Below are positions 1 to 8,000 of a DNA stretch of 14,049 nt, in pieces. The notes under the pieces are model-generated. The model saw nothing but the letters and a program-made list of their open reading frames with translations, ran no database searches and was not told the origin of the DNA. Both the position numbers and the translations under genes were made by a program. Source of the DNA: an uncultured bacterium (GTDB taxonomy: Bacteria; Cyanobacteriota; Cyanobacteriia; Cyanobacteriales; CAWUOF01); NCBI GenBank assembly GCA_963923765.1, contig CAWUOF010000044.1, forward strand, positions 1-14,049. Direction: 5' to 3'. Position 1 is the stretch's first letter. Each line of letters begins with the position of its first letter.

Positions 1-89
1 TATAACTTATCCCATAACCCGCCCCTACAATTTACTTGATATTTTTAATTTATTTATGAACAGATAATTATTTTAATATTCTATCTGTA

Positions 90-1946
90 TTATTTCATAA
101 AATACCATAATTTAATAGTTTTATCCTTACTGCCACTAGCGATAATTTTACCACTAGAATCAATGGCAACAGCAGAAATAGAATTTAAATGACCTGCTAA
201 ACTAGCTATTTCTTTGCCTGTATTTATATCCCATAATTTGATAGTTTTATCCCAACTACCACTAACTAAATTTTCGCTATTAGGAGTAAAAGCGAGTGCT
301 ACAACTGACCAGGAATGACCTAAAATTGTCGAAATATTCTCTCCGGTTTTTATATCCCATAATTTGATAGTTTTATCATCGCTACCACTAGCTAAAATGT
401 TGCCATCGGGACTAAAAGTAACTACAAAAACCGACCATAAATGACTAATAAAAGTATAGTGCAACTGCGGGCGAAATTCTGGGGAAAATCGCTTTAAATC
501 CCACAAACGAATAGATCTATCAAAGCTTGCACTAGCTAGAAAATTACCACAGGGACTAAATGCAACACAAGTTATTTGCAAACTATGACCGGTTAAAGTA
601 TAAATTTCTTTACCTGTATTTACATCCCATAATTTGATGGTTTTATCCCAACTACCACTAGCTAAAAGTTTACCATCGGGGCTAAAAGCTATAGATTTAA
701 CTGCCTGTAAATGTCCGCTAAGAGTATATATTTCTTGTTGAAGATTCCATAGTTTTATAGTTTTATCATCGCTACAGGAGGCTAATATATTACCATCAGG
801 ATTAAATGCTACACAGTTAATCCTATGGGAATGACCAGTGAGAATATTATTAATTGTTCCTGTTTCTATATTCCACAGGTAAATATTTTTGTCTTCGCTA
901 CCACTAGCCAGGATATTATCTTTAATGGCTATAGTATTAATATTAGATAATACTCCAGCAGGATTGGTAAGGGTTTTTAGGCATTGCCATTGTAAAGGAG
1001 GAATAGGGCTTTTTAGAGTTAGGTTTTTTGGCTGGTGTTTAATTTGAATGCCGAATTTCTGCATAGTTTCTAAGACTTCATCAGCCGATCGAAATCTACG
1101 ATTAAGGGCATTTTGTAATAATTTATCTAAAATTTCTCCTAAATTATTACTAACTTTATTTATGGTATAATCTCGCCATGCCCAGCAATCGTTAATAGCA
1201 TCAAATAAATCAAAAGGGGGAATACCTGTTAATAAATAAATACAGGTGACACCTAAACTATATAGATCGCTGGCAAAAACGGCTTTTCCCTTGGTTTGTT
1301 CCGGGGCTATATATTCAGGACTACCAATGCTAGTTCCGGTTTGAATTGGGGTATTTTCTGTTACTAATTTAGCTGCACCAAAATCAATTATGACAAATTG
1401 ATTAGAGGCTTCTGGGTTTTCTATGATATTTCTACGAATAATATTTTTAGGTTTAATATCTCTATGAATTATTTGATGTTGGTGAATAAATTTTAATACT
1501 GGTAATATTTCTGTTAAAAGTTGCCAAATTTGGGTTTCATTAAATGTACCTTCTTCCTCTAAAATTTGATTTAAATTCATTCCTTCTATATATTCTTGTA
1601 CTAAATAAAGATTTTCATGTTCAGTAAAATGTGTGATTAAATTAGGAATTTGGGGATGTGGGTTTAGTTGTTGTAGAAGTATTGCTTCTTGTTGAAATAT
1701 TTGTTGGGCTTTTGGTGCTGTTTCTGGGGTAAGATTTTGCGAGGAAAATTGTTTAATTATGCAGGAAAATGCAGGAGATTGACTTTCATCTAATGCGATA
1801 AATGTGCGATTCATTCCGCCTCGATCGATTAATTGAAGCGGGCGAAAACGTTGCTGTAGAAGTAAAGGAAAACCGCAAAAATGACAAATTTGATTTGTAT
1901 CGGGATTTTGCGGTTTTTGACATTCTGGATTAAGGCAATAGGTCAT
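90..1946 (-). CDS. Serine/threonine protein kinase with an N-terminal Cys-rich zinc-ribbon-like segment and a C-terminal seven-repeat WD40 beta-propeller
   Basis: 618-aa ORF. Seen in translation: Hanks kinase motifs HRDIKPKNI (catalytic loop), DFG, APE and a VAIK-type lysine in CIIKQF. The N-terminus CLNPECQ...CHFCG has four Cys spaced like a zinc ribbon. The C-terminal half has seven units of the form GH..x..(S/N)PDG.iLASGS.DKTIKLWD. Established knowledge: this kinase-WD40 architecture is common in filamentous and unicellular cyanobacteria. The Gly-rich loop is degenerate (DRGGMN instead of GxGxxG). Confidence 0.9.
   Translation of the reverse strand: MTYCLNPECQKPQNPDTNQICHFCGFPLLLQQRFRPLQLIDRGGMNRTFIALDESQSPAFSCIIKQFSSQNLTPETAPKAQQIFQQEAILLQQLNPHPQIPNLITHFTEHENLYLVQEYIEGMNLNQILEEEGTFNETQIWQLLTEILPVLKFIHQHQIIHRDIKPKNIIRRNIIENPEASNQFVIIDFGAAKLVTENTPIQTGTSIGSPEYIAPEQTKGKAVFASDLYSLGVTCIYLLTGIPPFDLFDAINDCWAWRDYTINKVSNNLGEILDKLLQNALNRRFRSADEVLETMQKFGIQIKHQPKNLTLKSPIPPLQWQCLKTLTNPAGVLSNINTIAIKDNILASGSEDKNIYLWNIETGTINNILTGHSHRINCVAFNPDGNILASCSDDKTIKLWNLQQEIYTLSGHLQAVKSIAFSPDGKLLASGSWDKTIKLWDVNTGKEIYTLTGHSLQITCVAFSPCGNFLASASFDRSIRLWDLKRFSPEFRPQLHYTFISHLWSVFVVTFSPDGNILASGSDDKTIKLWDIKTGENISTILGHSWSVVALAFTPNSENLVSGSWDKTIKLWDINTGKEIASLAGHLNSISAVAIDSSGKIIASGSKDKTIKLWYFMK
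225..647. repeat. Intragenic direct repeats within the WD40 kinase gene: an identical 27-mer tatatcccataatttgatagttttatc at 225-251 and 351-377, plus a 2-mismatch copy at 621-647
   Basis: Seen directly in the sequence. The repeats correspond to the reverse complement of the codons for the conserved DKTIKLWDI blade motif of consecutive WD40 repeats. Confidence 0.8.
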
Positions 1947-2049
1947 AGTAATTAATTACAATTAGGGTAGCATCAAATATCAATATTTTAGTTTATTAGT
2001 TTAACTTTTTATTAATAATGATCCACCTCTATTATACATTAATTACTAA

Positions 2050-4161
2050 TTATTTTCTATTAGCTAAATTATTATTTTCTGTAACAAATTCAGCAGTTAT
2101 CGGCGATGAATTTTCCAGAGCAGATGTTGATAATTCTTGTGGATTATTTGGCGTTTGATTTTGGGAATTTATAGGCATTTGTTTGCCGGTTTGATTCCAT
2201 AAAATCATGGTTAATAACCCATCAACTAAGCTGTTACTGCTGCCATTGTTACCACCGACTAATATATCGGGAATTAAGCGCACATGACGATCGCCTATTA
2301 TCTGCATTAATTGCATAGCTGTATAACTTTGTGCGCCCAAGGCTTCCACACCATTTTTATAGGTTTCTGCCTTAGCATTACCAGTAGCGCGAATAGCATC
2401 AGCTTCGGCAACGGCTTGTAATTTAGTAGCTTGGGCTTGACCTTCTGCTTGTTTAATTTGTGCTTTAGCTTTTAAGTCGGCAATGTTAACATTTTGCTCA
2501 TTTTTTACCATTTCTTGTTGAATATCAGCCAAGGAAGTTTCTCTTACTAATAGCTGCCTTTGTTGCTGTGCCATTTGCTGCACTTCATAGGTTTTACGCT
2601 GTTCTTCAGCTATTTTGCGATCGGTCTGGGTTTGCATTAGTTGGGATGGCGGTTGAATATCACCAATTAAAGTATCGATCGCCTGCACATCATAGGCACG
2701 CAAAGCTGTTTTAATATACTCAGCGGCTTCTGCTTGTCTCTCACTCCTAGCACTGAGGAAATCTAACACGGTATAATCTTGAGAAGAATTGCGGAAATAA
2801 TTACCTATAGTTGGTTCTAAAACATGATCTACTAAGTTTTGCATTAAACCAACACGAGATATTACTTTTGGTGCATCTAAAGCGCCGACATGGATAATTT
2901 GTGCTACTTCTAAATCAAAGGCAAAACCATCTTTTGACCGTACCGTTAACGAGGCAAGTTTAGAGTCATAATTATGTCTTTCTGTGCGGGCAGACCAGTT
3001 AAGAACTATATTAGTTGTTGGTACTAATTCAACTTTCATTACACGGGTATTAATAGGATGTTTACCGGGATAAAGTGGCTCATTCCATACACCTTTATGT
3101 CCGGGTTTAACCAAATCTCCATGAGTGAAAGCAGCGCCGCTAATATCTTCATGGGCTTTACCAACATAAGAAATAACTACACCCACATAACCAATGGGAA
3201 TTTCAGTCATATTGACTTGTTCAACTTGCACAAACCAAGGGTTAAGATTCCAAGACCCGGAAAGTAACACTTGTTCTTGTAAACCTCGTCTACCTCCACC
3301 GCTAATAAATTTCTGTCCGTTTTGAAAGTTTTCGTGACCAGAAATAACCGGACCTGCAATTTCTCCATCTTCAATAGGCATCCCGTCTAAAGTGGTAACA
3401 ATACCAACTTTATCGGAATCAACAGAATAAATATGTAATTTATCAGCAGCAATGCCATTTTTATTAGCATTACTAGCAGTAATTACCGTAAATAATGCCG
3501 TATTAATCCGATAACTTCCAGCCGTCAAAAATCCCATTTGCCGACCTTTTTCACCCCCATGAGTTAAAAAATTTCTGGCATTTTGGAAGTTATCGCATTC
3601 TACTACTTTGCCAAGAATTCTTTCTGGGGGAATTGATGCACCATCGGCGGCGACAATTAGGGCTATTTGTCCTTGGGGAATAACAATTACTGATTCTTTG
3701 CGGACTTCATATTGCCAAGGCCAAAAGCCCCAATGCCAGCCAGGGGCGAGGGTATCTGCTTGATAGCCGGCTTCCCCATGAAGGGCAATTAAACGACCGG
3801 GAGGTAAACTATTTTTAGCGAATTTTTTAGCAACTATACCAACTTCTCTTTCACCGATAATAACTAAACCGGAGGTAAAGCCAATTATACCTATTCCACC
3901 CAGAAAAATTATTGGCACAATTAACCAAATAAATCCGCCTATTTCCATTAATTGATAGTTTACTTGAGCAAGGTTTTTTGGCGTATTATCAGGGTTAATT
4001 TGATTGTAATTAAGGCTTATAGCTGTGGTTTCGTTAATATTGTAATTTTGGGAGTTATTAGCATTAGCACCAGGAGAAGTAATAGAGGCGATCGCTAAAC
4101 TTGCTGCTACTGAAGCTACTAACCATTGGGGCTTTTTCAGTAGTTTTTTAAAAATTTTCAT
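2050..4161 (-). CDS. Flotillin-like SPFH/band-7 family membrane protein (YqiK/FloT-like) with an extended N-terminal region
   Basis: 703-aa ORF. Seen: an N-terminal hydrophobic signal-like segment (WLVASVAASLAIASI), an Asn/Gln-rich linker, then a TM helix (FIWLIVPIIFLGGIGIIGF) followed by an SPFH-like core (EREVGIVAKKF...). The C-terminal half is a long Ala/Gln/Glu-rich coiled-coil (AEEQRKTYEVQQMAQQQRQLL...AKAQIKQAEGQAQATKLQAVAEADAIRATGNAKAE) and ends ...IPDILVGGNNGSS, which resembles the flotillin C-terminus. The SPFH region looks roughly twice the usual length and may be two tandem SPFH-like segments (inference). Confidence 0.85.
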   Translation of the reverse strand: MKIFKKLLKKPQWLVASVAASLAIASITSPGANANNSQNYNINETTAISLNYNQINPDNTPKNLAQVNYQLMEIGGFIWLIVPIIFLGGIGIIGFTSGLVIIGEREVGIVAKKFAKNSLPPGRLIALHGEAGYQADTLAPGWHWGFWPWQYEVRKESVIVIPQGQIALIVAADGASIPPERILGKVVECDNFQNARNFLTHGGEKGRQMGFLTAGSYRINTALFTVITASNANKNGIAADKLHIYSVDSDKVGIVTTLDGMPIEDGEIAGPVISGHENFQNGQKFISGGGRRGLQEQVLLSGSWNLNPWFVQVEQVNMTEIPIGYVGVVISYVGKAHEDISGAAFTHGDLVKPGHKGVWNEPLYPGKHPINTRVMKVELVPTTNIVLNWSARTERHNYDSKLASLTVRSKDGFAFDLEVAQIIHVGALDAPKVISRVGLMQNLVDHVLEPTIGNYFRNSSQDYTVLDFLSARSERQAEAAEYIKTALRAYDVQAIDTLIGDIQPPSQLMQTQTDRKIAEEQRKTYEVQQMAQQQRQLLVRETSLADIQQEMVKNEQNVNIADLKAKAQIKQAEGQAQATKLQAVAEADAIRATGNAKAETYKNGVEALGAQSYTAMQLMQIIGDRHVRLIPDILVGGNNGSSNSLVDGLLTMILWNQTGKQMPINSQNQTPNNPQELSTSALENSSPITAEFVTENNNLANRK

Positions 4162-4322
4162 AATTCTTTTATCCGATTACTTGTTATTTCTAATTTTAGC
4201 TATTTTATTAGTAATTTTCCAGAAAATTTAAAGCTTTATTAAGAAAGTTACTAAAAACGTATTTTTGTGTTTAACCTAGCTAGTAAATATCAGCAAAATC
4301 ACCTAGCTATTTAGGGAAAATA

Positions 4323-5246
4323 ATGTTTATAGATGCCCGAAATTATCAGATTTTATTTTTATCTCTGTTTTTATTTCTAGGTATTGCTACTAGAGATTGG
4401 ACGCTACACCCCCAATTAATTTTAGTCACCATAGTCACCTGTTTAATTACTCAATGGTTAATGGTATCGATCGCCCCTAAATTTACCTCTAAATTTACAG
4501 TAAATATACTCAATTTTTTAACAGAAAAAAATACCGTACCCCAGGAAAATAATTTAATTGTTAATTCTAATTTATTTAATTCCGAAAAATTACTTTCTCT
4601 TCGCAGTGCTGCCATTACATCTTTAGGGCTTTGCTTATTACTACGGGCAGATAATTACACCACAATGATAATAGCAAGTTGCCTAGCAATTCTCAGTAAA
4701 TTTTTATTACAAATTCGTGGTAAACATTTCTTTAATCCTGCCAATTTTGGCATTATTTTTGTGTTAATATTCACTCCCGATGCCTGGGTATCTCCGGGAC
4801 AGTGGGGAGATGATTGGTGGTATGGATTAGTATTTTTAGGAACAGGAGGAATAATTTTAAAAAAAATTGGAAGATTAGATACAACGGCAGCTTTTTTAGG
4901 AGTTTATATTCTACTAGAAACTATCCGAAATATCTGGTTAGGGTGGACGTGGGATGTATTATTACATAAACTAATGAGCGGATCTTTACTATTATTTGCT
5001 TTGTTTATGATTACAGATCCTCGATCGATTCCCAACGCTAAAATTAGTCGTTTAATTTGGGCAATTTCCCTAGCCGGATTAACCTTTATTTTACGGAATT
5101 ACTTTTTCCTATCTACAGCTATGTTTTGGGCATTATTTACCCTTTCTCCCTTAACTATAGGTTTAGATATAATTTGGTCAGATTCCCAATTTTCTTGGTT
5201 AAATTCACAAAATAACAAAAATAACCTCACCAATATATCTGTTTAA
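4323..5246 (+). CDS. Polytopic integral membrane protein (about 9-10 TM helices), function unknown; speculative distant resemblance to the NqrB/RnfD membrane-subunit family
   Basis: 307-aa ORF that is hydrophobic throughout. Candidate TM segments include LILVTIVTCLITQWLMV, TTMIIASCLAILSKFLL, FGIIFVLIFT, LVFLGTGGIIL, AAFLGVYILLE, LLLFALFMIT, LIWAISLAGLTFIL and AMFWALFTLSPLTIGL. The motifs FFNPANFG and FMITDPRS recall the conserved FNPA and TDP segments I remember from RnfD/NqrB, but that is from memory only. I could not find the flavinylation motif D-x-x-(S/T)-G-A-(T/S). The start codon lies 20 bp upstream of the next gene on the same strand. Confidence 0.6.
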   Translation: MFIDARNYQILFLSLFLFLGIATRDWTLHPQLILVTIVTCLITQWLMVSIAPKFTSKFTVNILNFLTEKNTVPQENNLIVNSNLFNSEKLLSLRSAAITSLGLCLLLRADNYTTMIIASCLAILSKFLLQIRGKHFFNPANFGIIFVLIFTPDAWVSPGQWGDDWWYGLVFLGTGGIILKKIGRLDTTAAFLGVYILLETIRNIWLGWTWDVLLHKLMSGSLLLFALFMITDPRSIPNAKISRLIWAISLAGLTFILRNYFFLSTAMFWALFTLSPLTIGLDIIWSDSQFSWLNSQNNKNNLTNISV

Positions 5247-5265
5247 ACAAAAATAGGAGGATGTA

Positions 5266-6582
5266 ATGAAAATATTTCGGATAATATTAGGAATATTTAT
5301 AGCTTTAGTAGCTATAATTTGCTTTGTTCCCCAAGCCTGGGCTTTTTGTGGTTTTTATGTCGCCAAAGCTGATGCAAAACTTTATAACAAAGCTTCTCAA
5401 GTAGTAATTGCCAGAAATGAAAATCGCACTATTTTAACAATGGCAAATGACTTTCAAGGAGAAGTAAAAGATTTTGCTATAGTTGTGCCAGTTCCTGTAG
5501 TTTTAAAAAAAGAACAAGTACGAATAGGCGACCCAAAAATTATCGAAAGATTAGATGCTTTTAGTGCGCCAAGACTGGTAGAATATTTTGATTCCGATCC
5601 TTGTGCTGTTTCCGAAAAAGAGGGATTATTCGATCGAGCAGTTCCCGCCCCAGCAACAACAGGTGCGGCCAGGACTAGAAGAGATGAAAATAGCTTAGGT
5701 GTCACCATAGAAGCGCGTTTTTCTGTAGGAGAATATGACATTTTAATCCTCAGTGCCAAAGAATCTAATGGCTTAGAAAAATGGTTAAAACAAAATGGTT
5801 ATCGTATCCCCAATAATGCTGCACCATTACTAAAGCCTTACATACGACAAAACATGAAATTTTTTGTGGCTAAAGTCAATTTAGCTGAATTTGAAAAAAC
5901 TGGATATCAATATTTACGACCGCTTCAAATGGCTTACGAATCCCCTAAATTTATGTTACCAATTCGTTTAGGGATGATTAATGCTCAAACTGCACAAGAT
6001 TTACTAGTTTACGTACTCTCACCCAAAGGTCAAGCAGAAGTTACTAACTACCGAACAGTAAAAGTACCTTCAGGCGATGAAATACCTGTATTTGTAAAAA
6101 ATGAATTTGCCGATTTTTATAAAGCCATGTTCCAAACATCCTATACTCGCGAAGATAAAAAAGTAGCATTTTTGGAATATGCCTGGGATATGAATAGTTG
6201 TGACCCCTGTTCCGCAGAACCTTTAAATACAGAAGAATTACGAAAAGCGGGAGTATTTTGGTTAACTCCAGATTCAGGTAATAATGTCTTTATTACTCGT
6301 CTTCATGTGCGTTATACTCGTGATAAATTTCCGGAAGATTTGATATTTCAAGAAACCGGAAACCGAGAAAATTTCCAAGGTCGTTATGTTTTACGTCATG
6401 CCTTTACTGGAGAAATGAAATGTGAAGCAGGAGAACAATATAAAAGAAGTTTACCAAAACGCTTTGAACAAGAAGCACAAACTTTAGTTAAATTAACAGG
6501 ATGGAAAATCCAAGATATTCGCAAAAAAATCAATATCAATCAAAGCGAGATTAATCAATGGTGGCGTAATGCTTTTGATTAA
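5266..6582 (+). CDS. Secreted or periplasmic conserved hypothetical protein with a cleavable signal peptide and conserved Cys residues (possibly DUF2330-like, uncertain)
   Basis: 438-aa ORF. An SD-like AGGAGG lies 8 bp upstream of the ATG (aaataggaggatgtaATG). Signal peptide MKIFRIILGIFIALVAIICFVPQAWA with an AxA cleavage site. The mature protein starts FCGFYV and contains a CDPC Cys pair and further Cys residues. It is soluble, charged and Lys-rich. I can name no recognizable catalytic motif. Confidence 0.75.
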   Translation: MKIFRIILGIFIALVAIICFVPQAWAFCGFYVAKADAKLYNKASQVVIARNENRTILTMANDFQGEVKDFAIVVPVPVVLKKEQVRIGDPKIIERLDAFSAPRLVEYFDSDPCAVSEKEGLFDRAVPAPATTGAARTRRDENSLGVTIEARFSVGEYDILILSAKESNGLEKWLKQNGYRIPNNAAPLLKPYIRQNMKFFVAKVNLAEFEKTGYQYLRPLQMAYESPKFMLPIRLGMINAQTAQDLLVYVLSPKGQAEVTNYRTVKVPSGDEIPVFVKNEFADFYKAMFQTSYTREDKKVAFLEYAWDMNSCDPCSAEPLNTEELRKAGVFWLTPDSGNNVFITRLHVRYTRDKFPEDLIFQETGNRENFQGRYVLRHAFTGEMKCEAGEQYKRSLPKRFEQEAQTLVKLTGWKIQDIRKKININQSEINQWWRNAFD

Positions 6583-6594
6583 TATCTAATGTTT

Positions 6595-6626
6595 ACAAAC
6601 CCGGTGCAAACTGGGTTTGTGATTAA
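6595..6626 (+). terminator. Hairpin downstream of the secreted-protein gene (8-bp stem acaaaccc/gggtttgt, 10-nt loop); weak candidate terminator
   Basis: Seen: ACAAACCCggtgcaaactGGGTTTGT at 6595-6620, 13 nt after the TAA at 6580-6582. The trailing sequence gattaatattta is only moderately U-rich. Confidence 0.3.
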
Positions 6627-6671
6627 TATTTATGATAATGTTTAATTAAAATATTATTTATTTCTCCGAAT

Positions 6672-7202
6672 ATGCACCTATATATTAAACCAGAAAACCA
6701 AGAAAACATCCTAGAAATTGAGAAAGTAGTAATAGCTGCTTTTGGTGGAAGTGCGGAAGCAAAATTGATAAAAACTATAGGAAAATCATCTAATTTTATT
6801 CCCGAATTATCTTTAGTAGCAGTAGAAAAAGAAAAAATTTTAGGGCATATTTTATTTAGCCCTATAGTCATTGAGAATGAAACGAAAAGTACAATTTCAA
6901 AAATATCAGCATTAGCCCTAGCCCCTTTAGCTGTAATTCCTGCACGTCAAAAACAAGTCATTGGCAGTGAATTAGTGCGATTAGGTTTGACAAAATGCCG
7001 AGATTTAAATTATAATATTGTAGTAGTTATCGGTCATCCAGAGTATTATCCTCGCTTTGGGTTTCAGACAGCAAAAAAATTTGGTATAGCCGCACCTTTT
7101 CCTGTTCCTGATGAAGCGTTTATGCTATTGGAATTGCAACCAGATGTTTTGATGGGTATAAGTGGAATAGTAAAATATCCAGCATATTTTAATGAAGTTT
7201 GA
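6672..7202 (+). CDS. GNAT-family N-acetyltransferase (YhbS/COG3153-like)
   Basis: 176-aa ORF. Seen: HILFSPIVIEN...ALAPLAVIPARQKQVIGSELVRLGLTKCRDLNYNIVVVIGHPEYYPRFGFQ. This matches the GNAT acetyl-CoA-binding core (the Q/R-x-x-G-x-G/A-type segment QKQVIGSEL) and the C-terminal YYxRFGF of YhbS-like acetyltransferases (established family features). Confidence 0.8.
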   Translation: MHLYIKPENQENILEIEKVVIAAFGGSAEAKLIKTIGKSSNFIPELSLVAVEKEKILGHILFSPIVIENETKSTISKISALALAPLAVIPARQKQVIGSELVRLGLTKCRDLNYNIVVVIGHPEYYPRFGFQTAKKFGIAAPFPVPDEAFMLLELQPDVLMGISGIVKYPAYFNEV

Positions 7203-7262
7203 AAGGGATATAGACGATCGCCCTTTAATAATAAATAAAATCAAATTATTTTTTTATAGCAA

Positions 7263-7847
7263 ATGAAATTAGAATCTTTACTAAGACTAAATAGAGTAAT
7301 TCGAGCGATCGGCTTTGATGATGTACCATTTAAACGTCGTCGAGGTAGTAATGTACCAATTGCTGGTGTAATTTGTGCCGATACTCGTTTTGAAGGTATG
7401 GTATGGGGAAAAATACGCCAAGATGGATGGAATGCTACAGATGTTATTTGTAATTTACTTTTACCTAGCAAATTTTTACCCCAATTAGATATAGTTTTAC
7501 TTGACGGTATTTCTGTAGGCGGTTTAAATATTATAGATTTACCCCAATTGTGCGATCGTCTCGAAATTCCCTGTGTTGCTGTTATGAGACGCATTCCCGA
7601 TATTACCGCCATGACTACAGTAATTAACCGCTTACCCCAAGCCAAAAAACGCTTAAAAATACTACAACGCGCAGGAATTATTCACGCCTATCCCCCCTTC
7701 TTTTTTCAAGTTTGCGGAGAAACTCCCGATATCATAGCAGCTACTTTACAGCGTCTTACTGATTGTGGTAATGTGCCAGAATCATTACGTTTAGCCCATT
7801 TAATTGGTGCAGCAGTAGTGAAAGGAGAAAGCGGCAGACAAGCATAA
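7263..7847 (+). CDS. DUF99/UPF0215 family protein (archaeal-type; the family is annotated as endonuclease dU-like)
   Basis: 194-aa ORF. Seen: an N-terminal IGFDDVPF (the family's GxDD motif), then VICADTRFEGMVWGKIRQDGWNATDVI (DG.DaT) and IVLLDGISVGGLNIIDL (mLDGi..aGfN.vD). This is as I recall the DUF99 consensus. The call is from memory of the family and is unverified. Confidence 0.6.
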   Translation: MKLESLLRLNRVIRAIGFDDVPFKRRRGSNVPIAGVICADTRFEGMVWGKIRQDGWNATDVICNLLLPSKFLPQLDIVLLDGISVGGLNIIDLPQLCDRLEIPCVAVMRRIPDITAMTTVINRLPQAKKRLKILQRAGIIHAYPPFFFQVCGETPDIIAATLQRLTDCGNVPESLRLAHLIGAAVVKGESGRQA

Positions 7848-8000
7848 TTTCATATATAATAGACTTATTGCAGAAGATAGAAAAATTTTTAACAGGAAAC
7901 AATAATAAGTTTGGATGAATTGCATTAAAATGTTCATAATCAAATTAAAGACACGATATCATCGCAAAAACTTATTTTTAGAATTTTGATAAGCACACTT

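Noticed and set aside
60-90. Hairpin ACAGATA-N15-TATCTGT just downstream of the kinase stop as a terminator
   Set aside because: The stem is A/T-rich (7 bp, weak) and is followed by an A-rich, not U-rich, tract on the minus strand. This is insufficient for a terminator call.
3058-3267. 69-aa plus-strand ORF inside the flotillin gene
   Set aside because: It is antisense and embedded in a CDS with a strong SPFH/flotillin signature.
5454-5759. 101-aa minus-strand ORF inside the secreted-protein gene
   Set aside because: It is antisense and embedded, with Ser/Thr/Ala-rich mirror-frame composition.
7203-7226. Hairpin AAGGG-N13-CCCTT containing a near-HIP1 (GACGATCGCC) after the GNAT gene
   Set aside because: The stem is short with a large loop, and an A-rich tract follows it. 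It is more likely just a HIP1-related palindrome than a terminator.
6623-7645. Minus-strand ORFs 6623..6871 (82 aa) and 7241..7645 (134 aa)
   Set aside because: They lie antisense within the GNAT and DUF99 genes. Both sense genes carry recognizable family motifs and the antisense products do not.
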